NCBI GenBank assembly: GCA_047150005.1
Contig: AP038806.1
Span: 832,001 to 896,000 of the forward strand
Length of the DNA stretch: 64,000 bases
Origin: Nitrospira sp.
GTDB taxonomy: Bacteria; Nitrospirota; Nitrospiria; Nitrospirales; Nitrospiraceae
Direction of reading: 5' to 3'
Shown here one piece after another: positions 29,583-39,265 of this stretch (its first letter is position 1; every line of letters begins with the position of its first letter). The position numbers were made by a program, and so were the translations under genes. Below the pieces are notes generated by a model. It did not search any database, was not told the origin of the DNA, and saw only the letters and a list, made by a program, of their open reading frames with translations.

Positions 29583-31808
29583 CTAGGGCACAGCCGTGAG
29601 GATCATGTCGAACAAGGCCGAGAGGCTCCAGAACGCCTGGCGGGAGAACGGTCTCGTCCTGCGCATGGGCTGCACCAGAACCAAGATTGCGCCCATCGAG
29701 GAGGACAGCGGAGCGAGCAGACGATCGGTGAACAGGCCGGCCTTGGCATAGCGACCGATCGTGTCCTGAATACTGAGCGAAAGGTCTTGGAACGCTTCCG
29801 CAAAGCCGATGAAACGCCCGACACCGTAGCAGAGGAGGGACAAATTGGCGAGTGCGAACGCTGCGGAGATCCAGCGTCCTCCGAGCCCATGATAGAGCGA
29901 GAGGCTCGCGCTCAGCATGATCATGGCCAATTGCAGGGTCAAATCCAAACCGGAGGTTCTCGTGCGTCCGGAAATTTTGGGGGTGCGCCGGAATGGAATC
30001 TTCGTGCCCGCCACCAATTGCCGGATGGAAGTCACGGCGCCCGTAAGATGGACCGGGATCAACAGGAGGTTGAGCGCATAGGCACGCAGAAGATCTCGTA
30101 TCGGCCGGTACCCGGCCAAGGCCAGATCCCGCGCATACAAGACGAAGTACGGAAGCGCCGCCAGAGGCATGGCGGGCGTCATCAATTCCGCCGAGAAGGG
30201 AATCGACAACAACAGCAATACGCTCAGCGGAGTCATCGCGAGCGACGTCAGATAGTGGATTTGCAACAACGCCCCTGCCGCCGCGGCCGGCCGCTTGGGC
30301 GCCCGTCCCAGAAACTCCAGAAGCTTCGGGAGGATGATCAAGCCTCCGTTTGCCCAGCGAGCCCGCTGGATGACCAACGAGCCGAAGTCCGGAGGGGTCG
30401 CGCTATACGCCAGCCGTTCCGGGTGATTGTACAAGGTCCAACCCTTTGCCATCAGATCCACGGTCGATTCCGTGTCTTCGATCACCGTCCGGTCCTGAAT
30501 GTACCGCCGGACGGTGATGCGTCCGACCTGTTCAACCTGGCAGATGTCCCCCAACGCAGACTTCCGCAACAGCGCGTTGGCTCCAACCCAGAAGGTCGCG
30601 GCGAACCGGGTAAATCCCTGATGCACGAAATATTGAATGTCGGTGGTCGCCCCCGCCGTCCGCTCCAGCGCGCCAGGCGCATTCGGAAAGGCGCTATACG
30701 GCGTCTGGGCCACAGCCATGTTCGCCCGGTCTGGTCGTTCCATGATCCGAACCAACCTCGCCGCATAGTCGGGCTTCAGCATGCTGTCGGCATCCAGCGT
30801 GATGACGTAGGGCGAGTCCGGGATCACGCGGCTCCCGATCATGGTGTGGGTCTCCTCCAGGTGGACCCCGTCCCCGCGCAGGGCGAGCTTGACTCGCTTT
30901 CCCATGACGCCCAAATAACTGTTCAGGTTCATCGCCTTGTTGGGTTCATGGGAGAAATTGCTGTATTGCTTTCGCTCGAAGACATCGAATTGCACCAGAA
31001 AGCGGGCGGCAAGACGCTCGTATGCGGCGTCGATTTCGGTCCGGATGGCATCTGACACGATGCCCGATTGCCGTCGTCTCGCGAGCCACTCCCCGCCCTC
31101 GCGGCGCAGCTCATCTCCCGGCACCGTCAGCACTTCACGGACGAACCAGACATCCGTATGCGACAGGATCGGACACTGCTTGGCCTGATCGTCGAACCAT
31201 TCGGCCGCCCGCAGGAAACAATCGGAAAGGCGAGCACACTCGGTTTCCCAGCGGGTCTCCGAGGCGCGCCTCTTCCGGAATTCACGGCGCGCTTGCGCGA
31301 CGAATTCGGCAGGCTCGGCCATGCTCGCCTGCAGATCGAACGGAACAGACCGCGCCGCCCAGAGCGCCATCCGATCGGAGTGGGTCTTGGGCGACGGAGG
31401 ATCATCCAACAACAGCACGACCCGCTTGTTCGGATAGTCCTGCAACGCCGCCGAGAGCAGCGTTTGACGGATGACGGGAATTTCCTCTTTATAGGAGGGA
31501 ACCAGGATGGTGAGGGCGGGAGCCGTGTCCGTAAAAAACTGATCGTCCGCGCCGGCCGTTTCGGTCGAAGCGCCATTTCTCGTCAGCCGGCCGAGCCGGG
31601 CCAATTCGTAACACAGATTGCCGTAGACGAGATATCCGGCAATCGCGGCAAAGACCACCGCTTCGATCGCATGACCGACTTGCCGTTCTTCGAACGCGGT
31701 CCAGACAACGGTCCCGACCGACCATGCGAGCATGGCCGCCGCAAAAGCCGTGACTGCCAGAGAGACTTGAGTGAGTCGTAATTCGAATGCTTGCTGATTC
31801 GGTGACAT
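29583..31808 (-). CDS. Processive GT2 glycosyltransferase (BcsA/NdvB-like)
   Basis: VPSYKE, LLDD, KAMNLN, TLDAD, QTPY, IED, QRARW (D,D,D,QxxRW) and TM helices. Confidence 0.88.
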   Translation of the reverse strand: MSPNQQAFELRLTQVSLAVTAFAAAMLAWSVGTVVWTAFEERQVGHAIEAVVFAAIAGYLVYGNLCYELARLGRLTRNGASTETAGADDQFFTDTAPALTILVPSYKEEIPVIRQTLLSAALQDYPNKRVVLLLDDPPSPKTHSDRMALWAARSVPFDLQASMAEPAEFVAQARREFRKRRASETRWETECARLSDCFLRAAEWFDDQAKQCPILSHTDVWFVREVLTVPGDELRREGGEWLARRRQSGIVSDAIRTEIDAAYERLAARFLVQFDVFERKQYSNFSHEPNKAMNLNSYLGVMGKRVKLALRGDGVHLEETHTMIGSRVIPDSPYVITLDADSMLKPDYAARLVRIMERPDRANMAVAQTPYSAFPNAPGALERTAGATTDIQYFVHQGFTRFAATFWVGANALLRKSALGDICQVEQVGRITVRRYIQDRTVIEDTESTVDLMAKGWTLYNHPERLAYSATPPDFGSLVIQRARWANGGLIILPKLLEFLGRAPKRPAAAAGALLQIHYLTSLAMTPLSVLLLLSIPFSAELMTPAMPLAALPYFVLYARDLALAGYRPIRDLLRAYALNLLLIPVHLTGAVTSIRQLVAGTKIPFRRTPKISGRTRTSGLDLTLQLAMIMLSASLSLYHGLGGRWISAAFALANLSLLCYGVGRFIGFAEAFQDLSLSIQDTIGRYAKAGLFTDRLLAPLSSSMGAILVLVQPMRRTRPFSRQAFWSLSALFDMILTAVP

Positions 31809-31836
31809 CGGAATTCAAAAAACCTCTGCCCGCCAA

Positions 31837-31852
31837 AGCAATCGCGATGCCA
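31837..31852 (-). promoter_or_regulatory. Putative sigma54 promoter of the GT2 gene
   Basis: Minus strand TGGCATCGCGATTGCT, near consensus, about 30 bp before ATG 31808. Confidence 0.65.
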
Positions 31853-32116
31853 TTGGATCCGGCTTGTGCAAGGCGTCGGAAGTCCAATCTTTCTTGATGT
31901 CGAATCCGCATTTTCCTTATAGTTTTCATCGGTTGCAGGCCATATCGCCTCAACGTGAGGCTGAATTGCTGATTAAGATTAGGATTCTACACTCCACCAG
32001 CCGCATGACACCGCTGGTAGGTAGTGGCTCAGTTTCATCTCGCGTCATGCCCGCGAAAGCGGGCATCCACTCCTCGATCACGACTCACTGCTGAGGAGCA
32101 GGCCTTGACTGGATTC

Positions 32117-33153
32117 CCTAGATTCACAAACGAAGTGCAACACCTGTGGGGTAAGGTGTTGCAATGGGACGACACTATGCGCAGCTCTCCTTGGAAGACC
32201 GGTGTACGATTGCCCGGGCTCGCGAAGCCGGGCAAACCATCCGCCAAATTGCAGCAGCTCTGGATCGCGCGCCATCGACCATTCTGCGGGAACTGAGGCG
32301 CAATCGCGGCGCCCAGGTGGGCTATGCGCCTGCCTATGCCCAGGAGCAGACCCGCAGCCGCCGCTGGCGCGGGAGTCGTCTGCTCCGGCAACCGGCGCTG
32401 CAGGCCCACGTCCTGCGCTGGTTGGGGCAGGGCTGGTCGCCCGCTCAAGTCGCCGGCCGGCTCAAGCGCGACGGCTGCGCGCTGCGCATCAGCTCCGAGT
32501 CGATCTACCGCTTCATCGCCAGCCAGATCCGCCGGACGAAAGACTATCGCTGGCGGCATTATTTGCCGCGGGGCAAAAGCAAACGCGGGTGGCGGGGGCG
32601 CAAAGGCGGCAGTGCCGTGGACCACATCCGCAGCCGCGTCCCCATTAGCGAGCGACCGGCGGCGATCCAGCAGCGGCAGGACCCTGGCCATTGGGAGGCC
32701 GATCTGATGCTGTTTGCGAAATATGGCCAGGCGGTCCTGGTGACGCAGGAACGCCGCTCGCGCGTGTTGGTGGCCAGCCGGCAACCCACGAAGGGGGCCC
32801 AGCCGGTGGCCGCCCGACTCACGGCGCTGTTTGCCGCCCTGCCTCCGGCCCTGCGCCGGACCATCACGTTCGATAACGGCACGGAGTTCGCGTATCACGA
32901 TCAGCTGCACCCGCTCGGCATGCGCACCTACTTTTGTGACCCGCATGCCCCGTGGCAAAAAGGGGGTATCGAAAACGGTATCGGCCGGATGCGCCGTGCC
33001 CTCCCCCGGAAAACTGACTTGGCCACGCTCTCCACCCGCCGCTTGCTGGCGCTGGTGCGGGCGTATAATCACACCCCGCGCAAGTGTCTCGACTATGAGA
33101 CACCGGCCGAGGTGTTTACTCGTGATCTGTTGCACTTCAAATGTGACTCCACC
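32117..33153 (+). mobile_element. IS30-family insertion sequence (about 1037 bp)
   Basis: IRL TAGATTCACAAACGAAGTGCAACA; IRR reverse complement TGGAGTCACATTTGAAGTGCAACA; flanking TTC duplication. Confidence 0.9.
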
Positions 33154-33174
33154 TTCCCGCTTCCGCGGGAATGA
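32164..33174 (+). CDS. IS30-family DDE transposase
   Basis: HTH IAAALDRAPSTILRELRRN, GHWEAD, TITFDNGTEF, PWQKGGIEN, NHTPRKCLDY. Confidence 0.95.
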   Translation: MGRHYAQLSLEDRCTIARAREAGQTIRQIAAALDRAPSTILRELRRNRGAQVGYAPAYAQEQTRSRRWRGSRLLRQPALQAHVLRWLGQGWSPAQVAGRLKRDGCALRISSESIYRFIASQIRRTKDYRWRHYLPRGKSKRGWRGRKGGSAVDHIRSRVPISERPAAIQQRQDPGHWEADLMLFAKYGQAVLVTQERRSRVLVASRQPTKGAQPVAARLTALFAALPPALRRTITFDNGTEFAYHDQLHPLGMRTYFCDPHAPWQKGGIENGIGRMRRALPRKTDLATLSTRRLLALVRAYNHTPRKCLDYETPAEVFTRDLLHFKCDSTFPLPRE

Positions 33175-33351
33175 CACACTGCAGTGCTTCTGATGCCAAA
33201 CTGACCCAGTATCCGCGGGTAAGCTGACTGGCTTTTCGCTATAGGCGGGTCTTACAATCGCCCGGACTTGAGGAAGGCCTTCCCAATTCCGTTAGGTATG
33301 GAGAGTTGCCGCAGAAACGACTCTCCCGAACTCGAAGAGCGGCCCACTCGC

Positions 33352-34317
33352 ATGACTGCATTTCTTGGTTTCAGAGCGGTGATGGTTATCTTGCCGCTCG
33401 TCGCCGCGAGCGCTTCTACCTTCGTGCCGATTGCGCAAGCAGCTCCACCCCCTGAAGCTGCGACTGCTTCCGGTGGGACTGTCCCACAATCGGGGAACTG
33501 TCCTGCCGGACGCGAACAGGACGAGCATTGCCTGCCGGGAGGGCTGGGAAGTCCTGCAATGCCGGGCGGTCCGATCCACCCGCCGGTCACGCCGCCGCCA
33601 GGAATCCCGCCGGCGAGCCAGCCAGCGGACCCCGAGTTCCCCGAGAAGATCGTCGGCTGGGCAGAGGCCACATTCCACATTCACGACAACGATCAGGACG
33701 TCACCTATACCTCGGGCCGTGTGCAGCTCACCTTCCTTCGGAGAAATGTGCAGGACATGCCGGGGAAGACTCAGTACGTCGTGGTCCCCGATGTGGGAAC
33801 AGAGGGCATGACCTGGAACGCTAGCGGAAGAGTGTTCGACTGCATCGTGGAAGGGAAGGCGATCATCCCGTTCCCGTTCGGACTCACTGACTCACCTCAT
33901 GGCGTTGTTCCCGTTATCCCAGGCATCCACCTGCCGATGGACCCGAATCGTCCGGCCTTCGGCTACCTGAACCTGGTCGGGCCGGATGGAGGCGACTTTC
34001 ATAGCGTGATGATCAGAATGTTTGATCCTGATGCGAGGCTCATCAAGACCTGCCCGGGTGATCCGCCGTTGGTCACGGAGGAAAAGTTCGATGCCGGTTA
34101 CCTCCTGCACATTGTGTGGCAGAAGAACACATACACCAATGGCAGCGTCTCCTTCGAGGGGCAACAGACGTACGACCAGGGCAACCCGCTCGACTTCCTG
34201 AACCTGCTCCCGCCCGGCGCGGCCATTCCCGAAAGTGCACGTCAGCAACTGCAGGCGTCCGGCTCCGGCACCAGCCGTCGCTACACCTGGAAATGGGCGT
34301 TAGGTCCATTTCGTTAG
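33352..34317 (+). CDS. Hypothetical exported protein with Pro-rich linker
   Basis: Signal ending AQA, Pro-rich stretch, beta-rich C-terminal domain. Confidence 0.65.
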   Translation: MTAFLGFRAVMVILPLVAASASTFVPIAQAAPPPEAATASGGTVPQSGNCPAGREQDEHCLPGGLGSPAMPGGPIHPPVTPPPGIPPASQPADPEFPEKIVGWAEATFHIHDNDQDVTYTSGRVQLTFLRRNVQDMPGKTQYVVVPDVGTEGMTWNASGRVFDCIVEGKAIIPFPFGLTDSPHGVVPVIPGIHLPMDPNRPAFGYLNLVGPDGGDFHSVMIRMFDPDARLIKTCPGDPPLVTEEKFDAGYLLHIVWQKNTYTNGSVSFEGQQTYDQGNPLDFLNLLPPGAAIPESARQQLQASGSGTSRRYTWKWALGPFR

Positions 34318-34356
34318 GCACACTGACATTGATCGGAATGATTTCCGAGGCTCGGC

Positions 34357-35538
34357 TCAGAAGCCGAGCGCTTTTTCCAGATCCTCCTGGCCCTTCTTGA
34401 ACTGCTTCTTCTCCGCCGCGTCTTTCTTCTTTGTCAGCGCCTCCAGTTCTTCCGCCTTCTTTTTCATCGCGGCGTTCTCTTGCTTGCGCGCCTCCTCTTG
34501 TTGCTCTTCCTGAAGCGAGACGACCTGCGCGGTCTTGATCGCGCTATCCGGCGCCGTCATCCAAGTCAGCCGGTATCCTGGCTTCCTCAAAGCCTGCTCT
34601 TGATAGACCACAACGTAGCGGGTCGGATAGCTGCGCTGTCCGATCTGCCGTTCCTCCAAGATATACACGGTGGGAGTACCGAAGAGATTCGACTGATAGG
34701 AATCCAGATAAAGCCGGCCGCCTTGCCTGGCTCCGACCGAGGCCATCTTCTCCATGAATTCCGTATAGGCCTGCACATTCGTCGGATCGGGCGGCTTGCT
34801 CTGTTCCATCTGCTTGGCCTCCGCCTCCTGTGCGCTTCGCATCGCCTCGTCCTCGTCCTGGAACTGGTACCGGTATTTGTCTTTGAACTCTTGCAACGGG
34901 AATGGCCCCTTCTTGGCCTTGCCCTTGAAGAATTGGGCGGGGTCGCTTTTTCCGCTCTTGGACACATAGGACAGACGACCGACGGCTGCGTCACTCGAAT
35001 CAAATAAATAGATACTGTCAGGTGCCACGGGCATCGAGTATTTCCCCGCGTCTGCCGGAGTCTGCGGCGTGCGCCCCACCCGCATCGGTATGACGCGCTG
35101 CTTCAACAAGGCAAGGGCGGCGCCCTTCCCGTGCGAGAGCATGTTCGAAACGGCCTGCCTGACATCCGGCACCGGATCATTGATCAGCGGCGCCAGCATC
35201 TCCACGTCGCTGTCTTGGGGCCCGATCATGCCGATCGCATCCGCGGCCGCGATGCGCAACTCGATCTCGTCGCTCCTGAACATCCGCACGATGTCCGGAA
35301 GATGAGTGCGATCCGCGGATGAACCCAGTGTCAGCAAGTCTTCCTTCAAAATCTCGACGAAATCCTTCCTAAGCGTGTCGCAGTCGGCGGCTTTGGCCGA
35401 CTTGCCGACACAGCCGTCCAGGAATTGGTCGACGATCCGGTCTTGAGGCGTGGCTGCCCAAACAAAAGCGGGGAGCGCAACGAGCCAGTACACCAGCAGG
35501 CTCGTGGTCGCTAACGCAAATACTTGACGTCGTGTCAT
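34357..35538 (-). CDS. Exported HEAT-repeat protein
   Basis: Signal ending VWA; ELRIAAADAIGMIG and DPVPDVRQAV repeats; AGGAGG RBS. Confidence 0.75.
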   Translation of the reverse strand: MTRRQVFALATTSLLVYWLVALPAFVWAATPQDRIVDQFLDGCVGKSAKAADCDTLRKDFVEILKEDLLTLGSSADRTHLPDIVRMFRSDEIELRIAAADAIGMIGPQDSDVEMLAPLINDPVPDVRQAVSNMLSHGKGAALALLKQRVIPMRVGRTPQTPADAGKYSMPVAPDSIYLFDSSDAAVGRLSYVSKSGKSDPAQFFKGKAKKGPFPLQEFKDKYRYQFQDEDEAMRSAQEAEAKQMEQSKPPDPTNVQAYTEFMEKMASVGARQGGRLYLDSYQSNLFGTPTVYILEERQIGQRSYPTRYVVVYQEQALRKPGYRLTWMTAPDSAIKTAQVVSLQEEQQEEARKQENAAMKKKAEELEALTKKKDAAEKKQFKKGQEDLEKALGF

Positions 35539-35567
35539 GGATTGTCCTCCTGAGTTCTGCCGTGCCA

Positions 35568-35930
35568 TCAATTGTCCGCGGGTCCGGATCGCGTTCGTAT
35601 GCCGCCGGGATCATACGCAGAACTCTGATACTTCTCCCCGCTCTTCTTAACGTGTCCCTTCGCGCTGGCTTGCTTCTGCTGATGCCCCTTGATGTCATTG
35701 GAGATTCTGTCCATGCTCCTGGCGAGTTGAGGGCAATCGGTTTTGACCTTCTGCGCTTTGTCGATCGTGGCATCATTTTTTGGCGCCATTCCCTTTAGCC
35801 ATTGATCCCAGAGACTGTCCCCCATTCCCGCGCAGAGCTGACTGCTTTGAACGGCCCCCGTTCCGGACGGAAACCAGAGCAAGACCGCTGATAAGCACAT
35901 GCCCCAAACAGCTATCCGTAACGTTGTCAT
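35568..35930 (-). CDS. Small exported hypothetical protein
   Basis: ATG 35930 after AAGGAG; signal peptide; one Cys pair. Confidence 0.6.
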   Translation of the reverse strand: MTTLRIAVWGMCLSAVLLWFPSGTGAVQSSQLCAGMGDSLWDQWLKGMAPKNDATIDKAQKVKTDCPQLARSMDRISNDIKGHQQKQASAKGHVKKSGEKYQSSAYDPGGIRTRSGPADN

Positions 35931-35975
35931 GATCCCCACTATCTCCTTTCGGCGTGATGCAGTATAACCACGCCC

Positions 35976-37382
35976 GTGGATCGTTTGATGATTCGCCCAT
36001 TCAACTTGGTCATCGTGCTCTGTACGATCACCGGTGCTCTTTACTGCTCGGCCTTCAGCGGCGATTTTCATTATGATGACGTCTCAGCCATTTTCGACAA
36101 CCCCCATCTCGACCGATGGCAGACCTTCGTCGGACATCTCGATCACATGGTCAGGCCCGCGCTGTATGCGACGTTCATGCTCGACCGTTGGCTGTATGGA
36201 GCCAACCCTGCCGGCTACCATCTGATCAATGTCCTGGCACACCTTGGCTCAGGTCTTCTGCTCTATCGCATCCTCGATCACGCAGTCGCAGATGAACGCT
36301 CTCCTGTTCCGTTCTGGACTTCGCTGATCTTTCTCATCCATCCGATTGCCACCGAAACGGTCACCTATATCTCGGGTCGCGCATCGGGCCTGATGGCATT
36401 CTTCTACCTCGCTGCGCTGCTCCTATACATCAAGGCTTCTGAGCATACACAGACCGTGAGCATTCGCCGAATGCACCTGTCAGGAGCCGTCTTGTTTTTC
36501 CTGCTCGCAATCGGCTCCAAGGAAACAGCGGTCACGCTTCCGATCATCCTCCTGCTCTGGGATATGATCCTACGCGGCTTGAACGGTCCGTCCATCCGCG
36601 CCGTCGTCCACGCCCGCCATCTACCCTTCTGGATCGTCCTGTCTTGCGCCGTGGTATGGGCTTGGAATCATCCTCGCTATACCACCCTCGCTCAATTTAG
36701 CCTTGCCATCCGCCCCCTTTGGGACAACCTACTGAGCGAGTTGCACGCCTGGGCCCATGCGCTGGGTCTGTTCTTCACTCCCTGGAACCAGAACTTTGAC
36801 CACGACCTCCCTGTATTCCACTCGCTGACTCAATGGCCCCTTCCGCTCGACTTGCTCTTGCTCTCAACAGCGGTCGCTGTAGGCCTGCTTTCCTGGCGAC
36901 GTTTTCCCTTGGTGGCGTTCGGCGTAGGATGGTTTTTCATTCAACTCCTGCCTACGAGTTTGATCCCGCGCAACGATTTGTTGAGCGAGCGCAACCTCTA
37001 CCTGCCGTCGATCGGACTTTTCCTAGCGCTCGTCTCCCTCGGCTCACACTTCACGCAAAAGCTCATAACCATCCCTTCTCTGCCCGCTTTTGCTCGCTGG
37101 GGCTCAGCCGCACTCGCGGCCATTCTTGTCCTTGCCCTCAGCCTTTTCACGTATCAGCGAAACTCTCTTTACGAGGACCGGCTTTCGCTCTGGTCCGACG
37201 CAGTCAGAAAGTCCCCCGACAAAGCGAGGCCGCACAATAACCTTGGCTATGCCTACGCTCTTCAGGATGACTGGGACCGTGCCATCGACGAATTTCGCAC
37301 GGCTGCCAGGCTCGATCCGGATTTCATGCTCGCTCAACAAAACCTCCGTGATGCCTATCTCCACATCATCGGGCGGCAATAG
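35976..37382 (+). CDS. TMTC-like GT-C membrane glycosyltransferase with TPR
   Basis: FHYDD..AI..NP, YHLINVLAH, HPIATETVTYISGR, SKE, SERNLYLPS, C-terminal TPR (HNNLGYAY). Confidence 0.85.
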   Translation: MDRLMIRPFNLVIVLCTITGALYCSAFSGDFHYDDVSAIFDNPHLDRWQTFVGHLDHMVRPALYATFMLDRWLYGANPAGYHLINVLAHLGSGLLLYRILDHAVADERSPVPFWTSLIFLIHPIATETVTYISGRASGLMAFFYLAALLLYIKASEHTQTVSIRRMHLSGAVLFFLLAIGSKETAVTLPIILLLWDMILRGLNGPSIRAVVHARHLPFWIVLSCAVVWAWNHPRYTTLAQFSLAIRPLWDNLLSELHAWAHALGLFFTPWNQNFDHDLPVFHSLTQWPLPLDLLLLSTAVAVGLLSWRRFPLVAFGVGWFFIQLLPTSLIPRNDLLSERNLYLPSIGLFLALVSLGSHFTQKLITIPSLPAFARWGSAALAAILVLALSLFTYQRNSLYEDRLSLWSDAVRKSPDKARPHNNLGYAYALQDDWDRAIDEFRTAARLDPDFMLAQQNLRDAYLHIIGRQ

Positions 37383-38289
37383 GAGGGACAGGCTCCAAGC
37401 GGAAGGGAGGCAATCCCCGCGCAGCCGGTGCCTGTCCCTCTCCGTGCAATACCTCATGGCCGTACCGGAGTAGCTTGGTGGCCTGTTCCCATTGATCCAT
37501 GAGATTCAAACCGACGAGCAGCAAGCGGTGCCCATCCTTGAACATGCTCGCGATGAGACAACGACCCGCCTTACTCGTATAACCGGTCTTCACGCCGTTC
37601 ACGTCCGGATCCGTCAGCAGCTCGTTCGTACTATGGAGCGACATCTGTCTCCTCCCGTCGACTGTAGCGATATCGCGGACCAGCGTCCGAACCATCATGG
37701 AGAAGAAGGGCTGCTGCAGCGCCTGCTCAGTCAGTTTCGCGAGGTCGGCAGCCGTCGAATAGTGACCGGGCGCATCGAACCCGCATGGGTTCGCGAAATG
37801 GGTGTTCTTCAAGCCCAGCTTTCCGGCTCGCGCATTCATCATCACGACGAACTGTTTGTCATCACCGCCGACATGCCAGGCCACCGCCTCGCAGGCATCA
37901 TTCGCACTGGCCACCAACATGGCCGTGATGAGATCGCGCAGGAGGAATTGCTCTCCAGCTTCGAAGCGATAGGACGAATGATGCACGATCGCGCGCGGGT
38001 GAATCGTCACCACGTCTTGCAGTGCGGCCGATTCCAACGCGACCAATGCGGTCATGATTTTTGTGAGACTGGCAGGCGGCAGCCGGCTGGTCGGATTCTT
38101 TTCCAGCAGCACCCGACCGGATTGCAACTCGATCATGTACAAAGCTGCAGCTTTGACGGCCGGCCGCTCCGGCAGGCCGGAAGGCGAGTCGTTGCCGAAG
38201 GCGGCACCAGACCATGACGCACCCGCCGTCATTGCCATGGCGATCAACAGCGCTCTGCCGAGCAGCCGCCTCTCCATGCCGCCGATCAC
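37366..38289 (-). CDS. D-alanyl-D-alanine carboxypeptidase (peptidase S11)
   Basis: PPASLTK (SxxK), SAND (SxN), KTGYT. Confidence 0.92.
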   Translation of the reverse strand: MIGGMERRLLGRALLIAMAMTAGASWSGAAFGNDSPSGLPERPAVKAAALYMIELQSGRVLLEKNPTSRLPPASLTKIMTALVALESAALQDVVTIHPRAIVHHSSYRFEAGEQFLLRDLITAMLVASANDACEAVAWHVGGDDKQFVVMMNARAGKLGLKNTHFANPCGFDAPGHYSTAADLAKLTEQALQQPFFSMMVRTLVRDIATVDGRRQMSLHSTNELLTDPDVNGVKTGYTSKAGRCLIASMFKDGHRLLLVGLNLMDQWEQATKLLRYGHEVLHGEGQAPAARGLPPFRLEPVPPIAAR

Positions 38290-39093
38290 CTATCGACCGA
38301 ACAAGCCCTTCATGAAGTTGCCGGCCTTATCTGCAGTCGACTCCTCAGCCGGCGCTTCTGGTTCCGGAGCCGGCTGAGTCTCTTGTGGGGTCACGACCTC
38401 GGGCCTGCTGCCCGGTCTTCGAGTGCTGGGGGGAGGCGTCCCGGTCATGTCAGGCCTGCCCATGGGCTGACCCATTCCTTGACGGCCCATCATCCCCATC
38501 ATGCCGCCCATATCGAGTTTGGTGAACCCTTCGGGGATTTCGAATAACTGCGGATCCTGCCTGCCGATCTGAAGATTGTTGAGCTCGGTCAGCATCCGCT
38601 TCTTCTCGTTGCCTTCCTTGTAGAGCAGATCCTGCTTGACGTTGATGCCCTCTCTCGTCCGCCAGGAGAAACCCCCGTATTTTTTGCCGTCCGTGCTCGT
38701 CGCGATGGTCTTGTACTTCGTGACCTTGACGCCGTTCAAAGTTTCCTCGCCCATCGCCGTGTCTTCGTAGGTCCATTGCGACGGATCACTTCCCCTTGTT
38801 TGGCCTCCGCCGATCGCATGCTCCATGTACATTTTCTCCGAGGGCATGACCTGCCACATCACCTTGGTGTCATAGCGGTAGATTTGAACCGCTCCCTCGC
38901 CGGCGCCCGTCAACAACTCCTTGCGCTCCTTGGTCGGAGTGACATAGACGCGTTGCTGGATCGTGCCCTCCTCATTCTGAGTCGTCTCATCGGCCGAATA
39001 TTCCGCCTGAGGCCGGCTCATGGGAGCTGCATGAGCGGGCCACAGGCTCGCCAGGTTCGTCAGCGCGATCAGCAGTGTCAGGACATATGACAT
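38290..39093 (-). CDS. Exported DUF4412-like protein
   Basis: Signal ending AHA; EYSAD, GEETLNG, QDPQLFEIPEGF. Confidence 0.7.
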   Translation of the reverse strand: MSYVLTLLIALTNLASLWPAHAAPMSRPQAEYSADETTQNEEGTIQQRVYVTPTKERKELLTGAGEGAVQIYRYDTKVMWQVMPSEKMYMEHAIGGGQTRGSDPSQWTYEDTAMGEETLNGVKVTKYKTIATSTDGKKYGGFSWRTREGINVKQDLLYKEGNEKKRMLTELNNLQIGRQDPQLFEIPEGFTKLDMGGMMGMMGRQGMGQPMGRPDMTGTPPPSTRRPGSRPEVVTPQETQPAPEPEAPAEESTADKAGNFMKGLFGR

Positions 39094-39265
39094 GTTGAGT
39101 CCCTCCCGAGGTTAGCCGCAGATGCCCATTCGCGGACCGGTGCCACGTCGTAAGCGGAACAATGAAAACGGAAAAAAGAACAATGAAGCGCCCAGAGGGT
39201 ACCCCCACTCGACGGAGGAAGTAAAGCCTTCCGCCAGCGTCGAGGATCAGACTCCCGGCTCGGAT

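Larger units (their letters stand above)
32020..33213. repeat. REP-like double palindrome with outer inverted repeats, split by IS30
   Basis: Left arm GTCATGCCCGCGAAAGCGGGCATCCA (32044-32069). Right arm TGGATTC|CCGCTTCCGCGGGAATGAC, split between 32110-32116 and 33157-33175. Outer IRs GGTAGTGGCTCAGTTT (32020) and AAACTGACCCAGTATC (to 33213). Confidence 0.7.

Noticed and set aside
32035..33177. 380-aa ORF antisense to the transposase
   Set aside because: Shadow of the IS30 transposase, starting within the palindrome.
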